Positions 32,364 to 42,020 of a DNA stretch of 64,000 bases are shown in pieces. The DNA is from an uncultured Spirochaetota bacterium. Its GTDB lineage: Bacteria > Spirochaetota > Spirochaetia > SZUA-6 > Fen-1364. The stretch spans positions 128,001 through 192,000 of the forward strand of contig CAVTHO010000009.1 in the NCBI GenBank assembly GCA_963734545.1. The letters run 5' to 3'. Under the pieces are notes generated by a model, which had not been told where the DNA came from, searched no databases, and saw only the letters and a list, made by a program, of their open reading frames with translations. Both the position numbers and the translations under genes were made by a program. Position 1 is the stretch's first letter, and every line of letters begins with the position of its first letter.

Positions 32364-33255
32364 CCTTCTTCTTCTTGGTCGTTGCGGCTTTGGCCGGCTT
32401 GGCGCTGGGAGCCTGCTTGAGCCCCGCCTTTGCCGCCTGCTTGTCCTCCACCGTTGCCTGCGCGCCGCTGGCTGCCTGGGCCTCTGCCACGCTGCGCTTG
32501 AGGGCCTCCATGAGATTGATGATCTTCGGCTCCTCGGGGTCACGGATCTGGACGACTTCCTTCCCCTCGATCTTCATCTGGATCAGCTTTGTCAGCTTTT
32601 CCTTGTACACGTCGTGATACTTTGAAAAGTCGAAGCTCTTGATCATCGAGGCTTTGATGAGCGTGTCCGCCAGGGACATTTCCGCATCGGACACTTCCGT
32701 TTCAGTGATCTCGTCCTTGAACGCGGAGGCGGCCTTCACCTCGTCCTTCCGGTTCAGAACGGTCATGGCCAGCACCCCGTCTATCGGCCGCAGCATGACC
32801 ACCTGCTCTTTCTGGGAGATGACCACCTCGGCCATGGCGCACACCTGGTTCGCCAGCATGCCCTTCAGCAGAAGGTTGTACGGTTTCTGGCCCACGGGCC
32901 CGTCCGGCGTCAGGAAGTAGGTCCGGCCGCCCAGGTAGATCGTGCTGAGGTCCTCCGGCTTGATGAACCCGTCTATCCGGATGGACTTGTCGCTCTCGGT
33001 GCGCAGCTTGTCGATCTCATCCTCGTCGATGATGACATACTGCCCTTTCGAGTACTCGTAGCCCTTGACGATCTCCTCGCTGCTGACTTCACCAACCTCA
33101 GGGGCGAACTTCTTGTACTGGATCCGCGTGTGGGTTTTTGCGTGAAGCTGGTGGAGCGTGATGTCGCTCCCGGTCGACGTGGACGTATATGCCTTGACTG
33201 GCACTGAAACCAGGCTGAGCTTCAAGAACCCCTTCCAACTGGCATGGGCTGCCAT
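32356..33255 (-). CDS. ku: Ku DNA end-binding protein
   Basis: 'WKGFLKLSLVSVPVKAY', 'IVKGYEY', 'INLMEALKRS', basic Lys/Ala-rich tail. Confidence 0.95.
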   Translation of the reverse strand: MAAHASWKGFLKLSLVSVPVKAYTSTSTGSDITLHQLHAKTHTRIQYKKFAPEVGEVSSEEIVKGYEYSKGQYVIIDEDEIDKLRTESDKSIRIDGFIKPEDLSTIYLGGRTYFLTPDGPVGQKPYNLLLKGMLANQVCAMAEVVISQKEQVVMLRPIDGVLAMTVLNRKDEVKAASAFKDEITETEVSDAEMSLADTLIKASMIKSFDFSKYHDVYKEKLTKLIQMKIEGKEVVQIRDPEEPKIINLMEALKRSVAEAQAASGAQATVEDKQAAKAGLKQAPSAKPAKAATTKKKKVG

Positions 33256-33454
33256 GAACGCCTCCTCGTACTGCCGTCACAGCGGGATGGGACACGGTCG
33301 TCGGCTCCCCGAAGCGGCCATACCTTCCCAATTCACTAAGGTATTGTCGGCATATTTCGAAGTCAACTTCCTGGGACCGGGAAGCGCCTGGCGCGCATGT
33401 GTGCACACACGGAGGCGAATACAGGGGCAGGCCCGCACGAGAAATCCAGGATTC

Positions 33455-33494
33455 TTGACACATAAGGTAGGAATTCATACGATATTGGTATGAA
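33455..33494 (+). promoter_or_regulatory. vapBC promoter with overlapping operator palindrome
   Basis: TTGACA-N17-TACGAT, ATG 6 nt downstream; TTCATAC-N7-GTATGAA inverted repeat (33474-33494). Confidence 0.75.
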
Positions 33495-33711
33495 AACAAC
33501 GGTCTCGGAAAAGGGCCAGGTCACCATCCCGAAGGCAATTCGGGACAAGCTGGGTCTCCGGCCCGGTACAGTCCTGGACTTCGATGCAATAGAGGGGAAG
33601 TTGATAGGAGTGAAAAAGGAGCAGGATGACCGCATCGGCCGATGGCTCGGCAAGGGATCCCTTCCCGGCGCGCTTTCCGTGGACGACTATCTGCGGCGGA
33701 TCCGCGGATGA
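33490..33711 (+). CDS. vapB: AbrB/MazE/SpoVT-family antitoxin
   Basis: 'VSEKGQVTIPKAIRDKLGLRPG' AbrB signature. Confidence 0.9.
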   Translation: MKTTVSEKGQVTIPKAIRDKLGLRPGTVLDFDAIEGKLIGVKKEQDDRIGRWLGKGSLPGALSVDDYLRRIRG

Positions 33712-34119
33712 TCACCGCAGTGGACAGCTCCGTCATCCTTGACGTGTTGACCGGGGACCAGGGCAATACGTCTGCGAGCCTCGCCGCTCTGCGAAAAGCT
33801 TCGCGGGAAGGCCGGTTGATTGTCAGCGAGAGTGTGGTTGCCGAGGTTCGGCCGGTATTTGAATCCAATTCCCTCTTCGAGGAGTTTCTGGGGGACTGGG
33901 GCCTGGAGTTCATGCCCTCCACGCTGCGCAGCTCGATCCGGGCGGGCGAGATGTTCCGTCAGATGCTGGCACGGAAGAAAAAGCAGGAGGGCAGGATACT
34001 GCCCGGATTTCCTTATTGGCGCGCACGCGCTCGAACACGCTGATCGATTGCTTGCCAGGGATCGGGGTTTCCTGCGCGACTACTTCACCGAGCTGGCCCT
34101 CTGGGACCCGTCGCGATAG
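33708..34119 (+). CDS. vapC: PIN-domain toxin, one frameshift near 34000
   Basis: '[12 protein letters not shown]', 'VVAEV', then in another frame '[16 protein letters not shown]'; ATGA overlap with the antitoxin. Confidence 0.85.
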
Positions 34120-34162
34120 CCCGCCTGGGAGGGACGCAGGATTGAGAGACAAAAGGGAGCTG

Positions 34163-34771
34163 ATGCAACTGGAGCTTGCCGAATGGCGCAGACTGACAGG
34201 GGAGCTGTATGCGGCGGTACGCACGTCCTCCACGGGAGAGGGCGAGCAGGCGTGGAGAGCTTTTGTGAACACGCGGAGCGAAATGTTCCGCGCCCACCCT
34301 CAATCGCCGCTTACTGCCCGACAAAAGAAGACCTTCCAGGCGCTGCTCTACTTCCCGTACAATCCGGCCTGGCGATTTCAGGTCCGGGCAGAGCCTCTCG
34401 AGACCGCGGCCGCTGCCCGATCGCTGGCCGTCGATCTGCCGGAAGGAAAGGCCGGTCTCCTGCCTTTTGCGCACGTCCACTTTGCCTCTGTGCAGCTCAC
34501 GCTGTACTGGATCGAAGGGTACGGTGGGGGACTCTTCCTGCCTTTCAAGGACAGGACGAACGGCACCGAGACATACGGCGGGGGCCGCTATCTGTACGAC
34601 ACGATCAAGGGCGCGGACCTCGGAGCCGGTCCTGACACGATGCTGCTCGACTTCAACTTCGCCTACAATCCCTCGTGCGCATACAGCCCGCAGTGGACGT
34701 GTCCGCTCGCGCCTGCGGAAAACAACCTGCCGCTGCGTATCGAGGCGGGAGAGCTTGCTTTCGAAGGGTGA
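34163..34771 (+). CDS. DUF1684 domain protein
   Basis: 'HPQSPL', 'LFLPFKDRTNGTETYGGGRYL', 'LDFNFAYNPSCAY..WTCPLAP'. Confidence 0.88.
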   Translation: MQLELAEWRRLTGELYAAVRTSSTGEGEQAWRAFVNTRSEMFRAHPQSPLTARQKKTFQALLYFPYNPAWRFQVRAEPLETAAAARSLAVDLPEGKAGLLPFAHVHFASVQLTLYWIEGYGGGLFLPFKDRTNGTETYGGGRYLYDTIKGADLGAGPDTMLLDFNFAYNPSCAYSPQWTCPLAPAENNLPLRIEAGELAFEG

Positions 34772-34775
34772 GCGC

Positions 34776-35477
34776 CTATCGCGAGGCCCGCTTCGGCGCT
34801 GCCCGCCGTGTGAGCTCCCTGGGCGGCGGCGGGGTGAGGCCTTTGGTTACCCGCGTCCCGATGGATTTCATCAACGGCCCCACGACCTTCTTGAATGGAA
34901 TAGCAAGCGGATAGTCGTGATTGTACGGCGCAGCCCAGTGCCGCCCGATGAGGGTCGCGTAGACCGACAGGGTCTGCTTGGCGGCCATGAAGTCCCGCGC
35001 GCTGAGAATCTCGTCGGCAAGTCCGAACGGGATGCTCCGCATGAGCGAGCCCCGCGCGTACTCCACTGCCCATACTCCATCCGTGAAGTTCATGCCGCAG
35101 GCCTGGCCTTTGCCCACGAAGATGCGGTCTCCCGGTCGGTACACCCGCTTTTCGAACTGCCCCTCGGCGTAGTACCAGGTCTCCCCGTCGATCACCGTGT
35201 CCCAGAACGCCACGCGGTGGCGCCCCGAGTGGCCTTCGGAACCGATGGGGGTGCCCCAGATCATCACGTACTCCTGGAGCGACGCGAAGTAGAGCTTCAT
35301 CTGGATCATCGCGCCCCCTGCAATGCTGTAGATCCAGGGCTGGCTGTTGTCGATATGGCCCGGGTAGCGCTCCTCGACCGCCCGCGCGAACACATCGAAC
35401 ATCTCCGGCTTGCGATGGCCCAGACAGGCCATGGCACACTCATCGATCACCTCGGGGTCGAAAATGTATCTCTTCAT
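34776..35477 (-). CDS. ERG2/sigma-1 receptor family protein (C-8 sterol isomerase-like)
   Basis: RBS GAGGAG, start MKRYIFDPE; 'AGGAM..MKLYFASLQEYVMIWGTPIGSEGHSGRH', 'WAVEYARG..IPFGLAD'. Confidence 0.82.
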   Translation of the reverse strand: MKRYIFDPEVIDECAMACLGHRKPEMFDVFARAVEERYPGHIDNSQPWIYSIAGGAMIQMKLYFASLQEYVMIWGTPIGSEGHSGRHRVAFWDTVIDGETWYYAEGQFEKRVYRPGDRIFVGKGQACGMNFTDGVWAVEYARGSLMRSIPFGLADEILSARDFMAAKQTLSVYATLIGRHWAAPYNHDYPLAIPFKKVVGPLMKSIGTRVTKGLTPPPPRELTRRAAPKRASR

Positions 35478-35533
35478 GGCTCTCCTCGCATGACACACAT
35501 GGTAGCCGAGCTTGCATAGGTTGGCAAGGTACT

Positions 35534-36793
35534 CTATGAGATCATCCTGGCCAGGAACTTCGAACGGAAGGTGTTCCCCATCACCACCCGCTGAACGGGA
35601 GGAAGCGCAAGGAACGCCCCCACCACGGCACGGAGAAAGCGATGGCTCGCAAGGTTGGGATTGTTGAAAAGGAAATTCTGCAGAGTGCCGCGTTCGAGCG
35701 CCTGAAGCACAACTCTTTCGACCGTATTCTCGGGCAGGAGGACCCTCTGTCCGCGCGGGACGAGACGCATTGCTTTCTTCCGGCAGGCAAGACCGCACAC
35801 CCCGCAGCCGATGCAGAACGTCGAGTCCACGGCAGGCTTCCGGGTCGCCGGCGTGCTGTCACTCATCTGGATTGCATCAATCGGACAGGCGTCGGCGCAC
35901 CTCCCGCAGCCCGCGCAGAGCGCGTTATTGCATTCGGCAATGAAGCGTGATGTCACAAGGATGTTCGGATACCCGAACTTCCTTATTCCGTTGAGGACGG
36001 TGCAGCAGCACTTGCAGCAGAGACAGATGAACTGGACGTCCCGCCGGACATTATCCGCGTTCAGGACGAGCCTCATTTCCTTTGCCCGCGCGAGCAGCTC
36101 ATGCAGCTCGCTCCTCGATACCGGCCGGGCAAGATTCCTGCGCACCGCGTAGTCGACGTCCCGCCCGAAGCTCACGCACATCTCCAGCGGGCTCTCGCAA
36201 TTCTTCTGGCCCAGGTGGAGCATCTTGTGCCGGCACGAGCAGATGCCGACCGCCGCGCCGGGTGCCTGATCAACCAGGGCGCTTGCTTTCTCATGGTCCA
36301 GCACTTCAACGTGCGGCGATGCAACCGCGTCAACGTGGGGGATGGTGCGCAGGACCGATACTTTCTGACCACGTCCGAAATTGGCTTTGAGGAACTCGTC
36401 GCTTCCCAGCAGGTAATCCTTGAAGAGCTTCGCCATGCGGGCAAAATCAAGCTCGCCGTCCGTGCGCATCATGGTGTATTCGAAAATCCCGATGACCATG
36501 GGCGAGACGGTGTAGTGGAACTCATCACCGATCTCGAGGTCCATGACCAGCCCCTTTGCGGCGAGTCTTTCCAGCGCCCGGCGAAGTTTCTCCACCTCGA
36601 TGCCCGTGATCTGTCGAAGACGCGGAAGTGTCGTGAGCCCCGCGGGTATCCGGGAAACGAGCTCCGCCTCCTCGACGGTGTACAGCTCACGCAGGACCGC
36701 GCGGAGAGCCTCGTTCCATGGAGTGCGGACGGTGAGCCCGTCGATTGCAGTGCCCAGATCCCGGTAGACATCCTTGGATGCGAGATGACCCAT
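35534..36793 (-). CDS. 4Fe-4S binding protein with N-terminal winged-helix-like region
   Basis: 'CSCR', 'ICLCCKCCC', 'CAGCGRCADACP', 'CIGCGVCGLAC'. Confidence 0.85.
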   Translation of the reverse strand: MGHLASKDVYRDLGTAIDGLTVRTPWNEALRAVLRELYTVEEAELVSRIPAGLTTLPRLRQITGIEVEKLRRALERLAAKGLVMDLEIGDEFHYTVSPMVIGIFEYTMMRTDGELDFARMAKLFKDYLLGSDEFLKANFGRGQKVSVLRTIPHVDAVASPHVEVLDHEKASALVDQAPGAAVGICSCRHKMLHLGQKNCESPLEMCVSFGRDVDYAVRRNLARPVSRSELHELLARAKEMRLVLNADNVRRDVQFICLCCKCCCTVLNGIRKFGYPNILVTSRFIAECNNALCAGCGRCADACPIDAIQMSDSTPATRKPAVDSTFCIGCGVCGLACRKKAMRLVPRGQRVLLPENTVERVVLQALERGTLQNFLFNNPNLASHRFLRAVVGAFLALPPVQRVVMGNTFRSKFLARMIS

Positions 36794-36795
36794 GT

Positions 36796-38052
36796 CTAGC
36801 CTCCGGCTGTCTCGGCCGCCGGGCTCTTTCGTGAACCTGCCACGAGCGCCAGCACCGCGCCGGCCGCAAAGAGGACGATATTCAGAACAAACGGCAGGTC
36901 CTTGTTCATGCCGGAGAGAGTTCCGGCAATCCATCCGAACGGTGACGTGAGCAGGATGATGCCCACGGCAAGAATCGACAGAATACGGGCGCGTTCCTTC
37001 GCGCTTATGGTCAGCACGGTCATCCTGTCCACGAGCGGATTGACGGCGGCAAAGCTGCACGCTTCCAGGACAACACTGACAATGAGAGAAGGATATCCGT
37101 GTTCGGGGGTGGTGATCAGCACCACCTGGCTCGCGACAAACCCGAGAAACCCGACAACCATCGGCACCTTGAAGTGCATCTTGTTCAGGCGCGGCATCAG
37201 GACAATGAAGAATGCGATCATGAAGGCGGATTTGATAAAGGGAAAAATGGCAATGCTCTCGGCAGGGAAATGCAGCTTCTCTGTTACGATAATCGCCCAG
37301 AAGGTGCCGCTGATCAGGCTGGAAATGCTGAGCACGAGCATAATGCCGGCGGTAAGCAGGGTCCATGGAGTGCGCACGAGCTCGGACAACACGTGCCTGT
37401 ACTCGCGGAGCACGTGGAACATGCTCTGATTGCGCGTCTCCTGCAGACGGATCTTCCCCTGTGCGGTCTCTTCAGTGATTACATATGTCACGATTGCTTT
37501 GACCGCAAACATAAAAGCCGCAAACAGATACAGGCCGCGCATGGTGGGAATAAGCGAAAAGATGCCGATCAACACCCCTGCCAGCGGCGCGATGAACCCC
37601 ACGATCAGGTTCGCAATGTAGATCCAGGTGTAGATATCCACCAACTGACGGGGGTCGGCATCCTCCACCAGCAGGCACGACCATGAATTATGGGTGATGC
37701 GCCAGGCGCTGTTGACAACGCCCGCAGCCAGGAAATACCAGAAGTTCTGCGCCAGTGCCGAGATCAAGGACGGGACCGTCCACGCCAGTATGTCGAAGAT
37801 CAGGGTGGTGCGGCGGCGTCCCAGCTTGTCGGTCAATACTCCGCTCAGCAGGGCAAAGGCGATCTGGAACCCCCAACTGATGCTGAGGATCAGGCCGATC
37901 TGCCTGTCCGCCAGGCCGAGGGATACCATGTAAATAGAAACATAGGGGATGTATAGATTGTAGGGGATGGCCCACAAGGGCTCGGTATAGACGCACCCGC
38001 GCGGGTTCCCGCGCAGGCTTTTCAGAGTGATGATGAGGGAATGGTCATTCAT
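36796..38052 (-). CDS. MFS transporter
   Basis: Start MNDHSLII; 'GVLTDKLGRRRT' motif A; about 12 TMs. Confidence 0.88.
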   Translation of the reverse strand: MNDHSLIITLKSLRGNPRGCVYTEPLWAIPYNLYIPYVSIYMVSLGLADRQIGLILSISWGFQIAFALLSGVLTDKLGRRRTTLIFDILAWTVPSLISALAQNFWYFLAAGVVNSAWRITHNSWSCLLVEDADPRQLVDIYTWIYIANLIVGFIAPLAGVLIGIFSLIPTMRGLYLFAAFMFAVKAIVTYVITEETAQGKIRLQETRNQSMFHVLREYRHVLSELVRTPWTLLTAGIMLVLSISSLISGTFWAIIVTEKLHFPAESIAIFPFIKSAFMIAFFIVLMPRLNKMHFKVPMVVGFLGFVASQVVLITTPEHGYPSLIVSVVLEACSFAAVNPLVDRMTVLTISAKERARILSILAVGIILLTSPFGWIAGTLSGMNKDLPFVLNIVLFAAGAVLALVAGSRKSPAAETAGG

Positions 38053-38148
38053 TACGTGTATGCGGAAGTATGGAGCGAAATTGACTCCCGCGTCCACGGC
38101 ACATACTATGGTCCAGAGGGTCACCGGGAGCCGGCAGTCATCGAATCG

Positions 38149-38973
38149 ATGGAATCGACCGTCCAAGATCTTGCGCATCTCATGCGGGGCCGCAGGACGC
38201 TGGTTCTCAGCGGGGCGGGAATCAGCACGGAGTCGGGAATTCCAGACTATCGCGGCCCGAATGGTTCCCTGCGGACGCGCCACCCCATGCAATATCACGA
38301 GTTCGTCGGATCCGCGGAAGCGCGCCGGCGATACTGGGCTCGCAGCGCGATCGGCTGGGCCCAGGTGGGCAAGGCCCTGCCCAACAGGGGCCATGCCGCC
38401 ATCGCCCGACTCGAGCAGCTCGGGGTCGTCACCGGTGTGATCACGCAGAACGTCGATGGCCTGCACCAGGCGGCAGGAAGCCGCCGGGTGCTCGAGCTGC
38501 ACGGCTCGCTCGCGGAAGTCCGCTGCTTGTCGTGCGGTTTCTTGGAGATGCGCGACCACCTGCAGGGCCGGCTTCTCGAGGAAAACCCTGGATGGGCTTC
38601 CTCGCCGGTTGAGGCGGCCCCGGATGGGGACGCCGAGATACCACTTGAAACCGTGGCTTCCTTTTCGATTCCGAGCTGCCTCCGGTGCGGAGGAGTCCTC
38701 AAGCCGGATGTGGTATTCTTCGGTGAGAGCGTGCCCAGGCCCCGAGTGGAGGCCGCATGGGGCATGCTGGCAGAGGCGGGGTTGCTCCTGGTTGTCGGCT
38801 CGTCTCTGGCGATTTTTTCCGGGCTCAGATTTGTGCGCCAGGCGGCCAGGGAGAACAAGCCTGTGGCCATCGTGAACCAGGGAGATACCCGGGGGGACGA
38901 AGTGGCAGCGGTCCGGATAGGAGGGCGCCTGGGTGACGTCCTCCCCTCGCTGCTGGACGCATTGGAGGGGTGA
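38149..38973 (+). CDS. NAD-dependent protein deacylase, sirtuin (class II/SIRT4-like)
   Basis: 'GAGISTESGIPDYRGP', 'TQNVDGLH', 'ELHGS', CxxC..CxxC, 'KPDVVFFGE'. Confidence 0.92.
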   Translation: MESTVQDLAHLMRGRRTLVLSGAGISTESGIPDYRGPNGSLRTRHPMQYHEFVGSAEARRRYWARSAIGWAQVGKALPNRGHAAIARLEQLGVVTGVITQNVDGLHQAAGSRRVLELHGSLAEVRCLSCGFLEMRDHLQGRLLEENPGWASSPVEAAPDGDAEIPLETVASFSIPSCLRCGGVLKPDVVFFGESVPRPRVEAAWGMLAEAGLLLVVGSSLAIFSGLRFVRQAARENKPVAIVNQGDTRGDEVAAVRIGGRLGDVLPSLLDALEG

Positions 38974-38993
38974 TCGAAAAAAGGAGCTGAAAC

Positions 38994-39581
38994 ATGATGT
39001 CGCATCCATTCAAGTGGGTTTCGGAGTCGTCGAGAAAAACGGTCTTCTGGGTCCTCTTTGGCCTCGCAATACTATTGATGATCGCCCTCCAGGTCCTCGG
39101 AGCGCCTTTGAAGACACAGGCCGCGCCGGCAGGAATCGTATCATTCGAGCTTGCGGGAAGCATCAATGCCGCTGAAAAGATCGTGAGCTCGTGGGACGGG
39201 CAGGCAAGGACGTACGCGGGCCTCAACCTGGGACTCGATTATCTGTTCATTTTCGCGTATGCGGGCGCGATCGGACTGGGGTGCGCTCTTCTTGCAGCAA
39301 GCGTTGCCAGGCGCCACAAGGTATTTGCCTCCATTGGATTTGTTCTCTCCTGGGCACAGCTCCTCGCCGCGGCATGCGATGCAACAGAAAACTACGCGCT
39401 CATTTCGCTTCTCCTGGGGTCCAGGGTCAATGGATTGGCCCTTCTTGCCCGTGCGTGCGCAATACCGAAGTTCCTGATCGTGCTGCTCGGGCTCGCTTAC
39501 TTTGCCTTTGCCCTCATCGTCCTGCTCGTCTGGGCGGCCCGTCGGAAGCAAAATCTGCCCTCCGGGATGCAAAGGCGGTAA
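38994..39581 (+). CDS. Hypothetical membrane protein
   Basis: RBS AAGGAG; four hydrophobic helices; 'IVSFELAG', 'LDYLFI', 'CDATEN'. Confidence 0.65.
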   Translation: MMSHPFKWVSESSRKTVFWVLFGLAILLMIALQVLGAPLKTQAAPAGIVSFELAGSINAAEKIVSSWDGQARTYAGLNLGLDYLFIFAYAGAIGLGCALLAASVARRHKVFASIGFVLSWAQLLAAACDATENYALISLLLGSRVNGLALLARACAIPKFLIVLLGLAYFAFALIVLLVWAARRKQNLPSGMQRR

Positions 39582-39649
39582 GGATCAGGACTCGCGGAAA
39601 CTGATTTTCGCTGTGCAAATCACCACCTCGGCCTTATAATCCGGGGCGT

Positions 39650-40679
39650 ATGAAGGCCCTGGTGAAAAAAGGCCCGGGAAAGCGGCTGGAGATGCAGCAG
39701 GTCCCGATGCCCGTGGTCGGGGGCAACGATCTGTTGATCCGGGTTACCAAGGCCGCCATCTGCGGCACCGACCTGCACATCTGGAACTGGGACGAGTGGT
39801 CGCAGCGCACCCTTCGGCCTCCTCTGATCACGGGACACGAGTTCGTGGGACGGATCGTCGACATGGGCGCCAAGCGTCAGCGGCTACGAGATCGGCGAGC
39901 GCGTCTCCGGCGAAGGCCACATCGTCTGCGGCGTCTGCAGGAGCTGCCGCGCGGGGCGCCGGCACCTCTGCACCAACACGGTCGGCATCGGCGTGAACCG
40001 TGACGGCTGCTTTGCGGAGTACCTCTCCCTGCCCGCGCCGAACGCCTGGCACGTGCACCCGGGGATCCCCTCGGAGATCGCCTGCTTCCTCGACCCGCTG
40101 GGAAACGCCACGCACTCTGCCCTCTCCTTCGACCTGGTGGGAGAGGACGTTCTGATCACGGGAGCGGGGCCCATCGGCATCATGGCGGCGGCCATCTGCC
40201 GGCACTGCGGCGCACAGCGGATCGTCGTCACGGACGTCAACGACTACCGCCTGGGGCTTGCTGCCAGGATGGGGGCCACCATGACGGTGAACGTGTCCCG
40301 GACCTCCATCGAGGATGCGCGGAAGGAGCTGGGGATCATCGGGTTCGACATCGGCCTGGAGATGTCGGGAAACGGCGCGGCGTTCGAGTCGATGCTGGAG
40401 AACATGTACCACGGCGGGCGTATCGCGCTGCTGGGCATCCTTCCCAACTCGACGGGAATCCGCTGGGACCAGGTGATCTTCAAGGGCCTGGTCATCAAGG
40501 GGATCTACGGCAGAGAGATCTTCGAGACCTGGTACAAGATGCAGACGATGCTGCAGAGCGGGCTCGACGTGAGCCCGGTGCTCACACACCGGTTTCCCTT
40601 CGAGCAGTTCGAGAAAGGGTTCGAGGTCATGCAGTCCGGGCAGCTGCGGCAAGGTGATCCTCGAGATCGCGGAGGATGA
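39650..40679 (+). CDS. tdh: L-threonine 3-dehydrogenase (frameshifted)
   Basis: '[14 protein letters not shown]', 'GHEFVG', 'DPLGNATH', 'GAGPIG', '[14 protein letters not shown]'; directly upstream of kbl. Confidence 0.93.
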
Positions 40680-41904
40680 AGAAGATGCTTGACCATGACG
40701 CGCGGAGGGAGCTGGGTGAGCGGATTGCCGAAATCCGTTCCGCGGGGACGTACAAGGAGGAGCGGGTCATCCAGACGCCGCAGGGGGTGCATCTTCGCGT
40801 GCGGCCGGGAAACGAGGTGCTGAACTTCTGCGCCAACAATTATCTCGGGCTCGCCTCCCACCCGCGGGTGCTCGCTGCCGCGCACGCGGCCTCGACCGCT
40901 GGGGATACGGCATGGCGTCGGTGCGTTTCATCTGCGGCACCCAGGAGGTGCACGCGGAGCTGGAGAAGCGCATGGCGGCGTTCCTGGGCACGGAGGACGC
41001 GCTGCTGTACTCTTCCTGCTTCGACGCCAACGGCGGCGTCTTCGAGCCTCTCCTGGACAAGGACTGCGCGCTCATTACCGACCAGCTCAATCACGCTTCC
41101 CTCATAGATGGCGCGCGGCTGTGCAAGGCAAATCGTTTCATCTACGCCCACGCGGACATGAGCGATCTGGCGGAGAAGCTCGGGGAGGCGTCAACCGCGC
41201 GGCTCAGGATGATCGTCACGGACGGGGTTTTCTCCATGGACGGAGACCTGGCGAACCTCCCCGAGATCTGCGCGCTTGCCGAGAAGCACAGGGCAATGGT
41301 CATGGTGGACGACAGCCACGCCACGGGATTCATCGGCAGGAAAGGCAGGGGCACGGCGGAGCACTTCGGCGTGACCGGCCGCGTGGACATTATCTCCACG
41401 ACGTTCGGCAAGGCACTCGGGGGCGCCACGGGAGGATGCCTCGCAGGCAGGAAGGAGATCGTCGAGCTCCTTCGCCAGAGGAGCAGGCCATACCTGTTCT
41501 CCAACTCGCTGGCGCCGGTGGTGGCGGGAGCGAGCATCGCCGTCATCGAGATGCTCAGTGAAAGCACCGAGCTGCGCGACAGGCTCGAAGAGAACACGGT
41601 CTTTTTCCGGCAGGCCATCACAGACGCGGGATTCGACGTGAAGCCCGGCATACACCCCATCGTTCCCATCATGCTCTACGAGGAGAGCCGGGCCGTGGAG
41701 ATGGCGCGCCGGCTCCTGGATGAGGGCATCTACGTCATCGGCTTCTCCTACCCCGTGGTGCCGAAAGGCCAGGCCCGGATTCGCGTGCAGGTCTCCGCCG
41801 TGCACACTCGAAACGACCTGGAAAAGGCCGTGTCGGCATTTGCCCGGGTGGGAAGGACCATCGGCCTGCTGAAACAGGATGCGCGGAAAAACTTGACCGT
41901 GTGA
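40676..41904 (+). CDS. kbl: Glycine C-acetyltransferase / 2-amino-3-ketobutyrate CoA ligase (frameshifted)
   Basis: '[10 protein letters not shown]', '[10 protein letters not shown]', 'SCFDANGG', 'DDSHATG', 'FGKALGG', '[11 protein letters not shown]'. Confidence 0.95.
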
Positions 41905-42020
41905 GTCGGCCATGTTACGCTTCGAGCGCAATCCGCTGCCTTGCACGGCACACCGTGCAGTTCCGCGGATTCGGTCTTCCCGATAAACGTGCCGCCAATC
42001 CTGGATTCAGGGGGAGAGGA

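Noticed and set aside
28281-34119. NHEJ/TA block as an integrated mobile element
   Set aside because: No integrase, transposase, tRNA or flanking direct repeats were found by eye.
38149-38973. Sirtuin as an anti-phage SIR2 effector (Thoeris/DSR)
   Set aside because: It is a standard-length Zn-finger class II sirtuin with no fused or adjacent defence partners.
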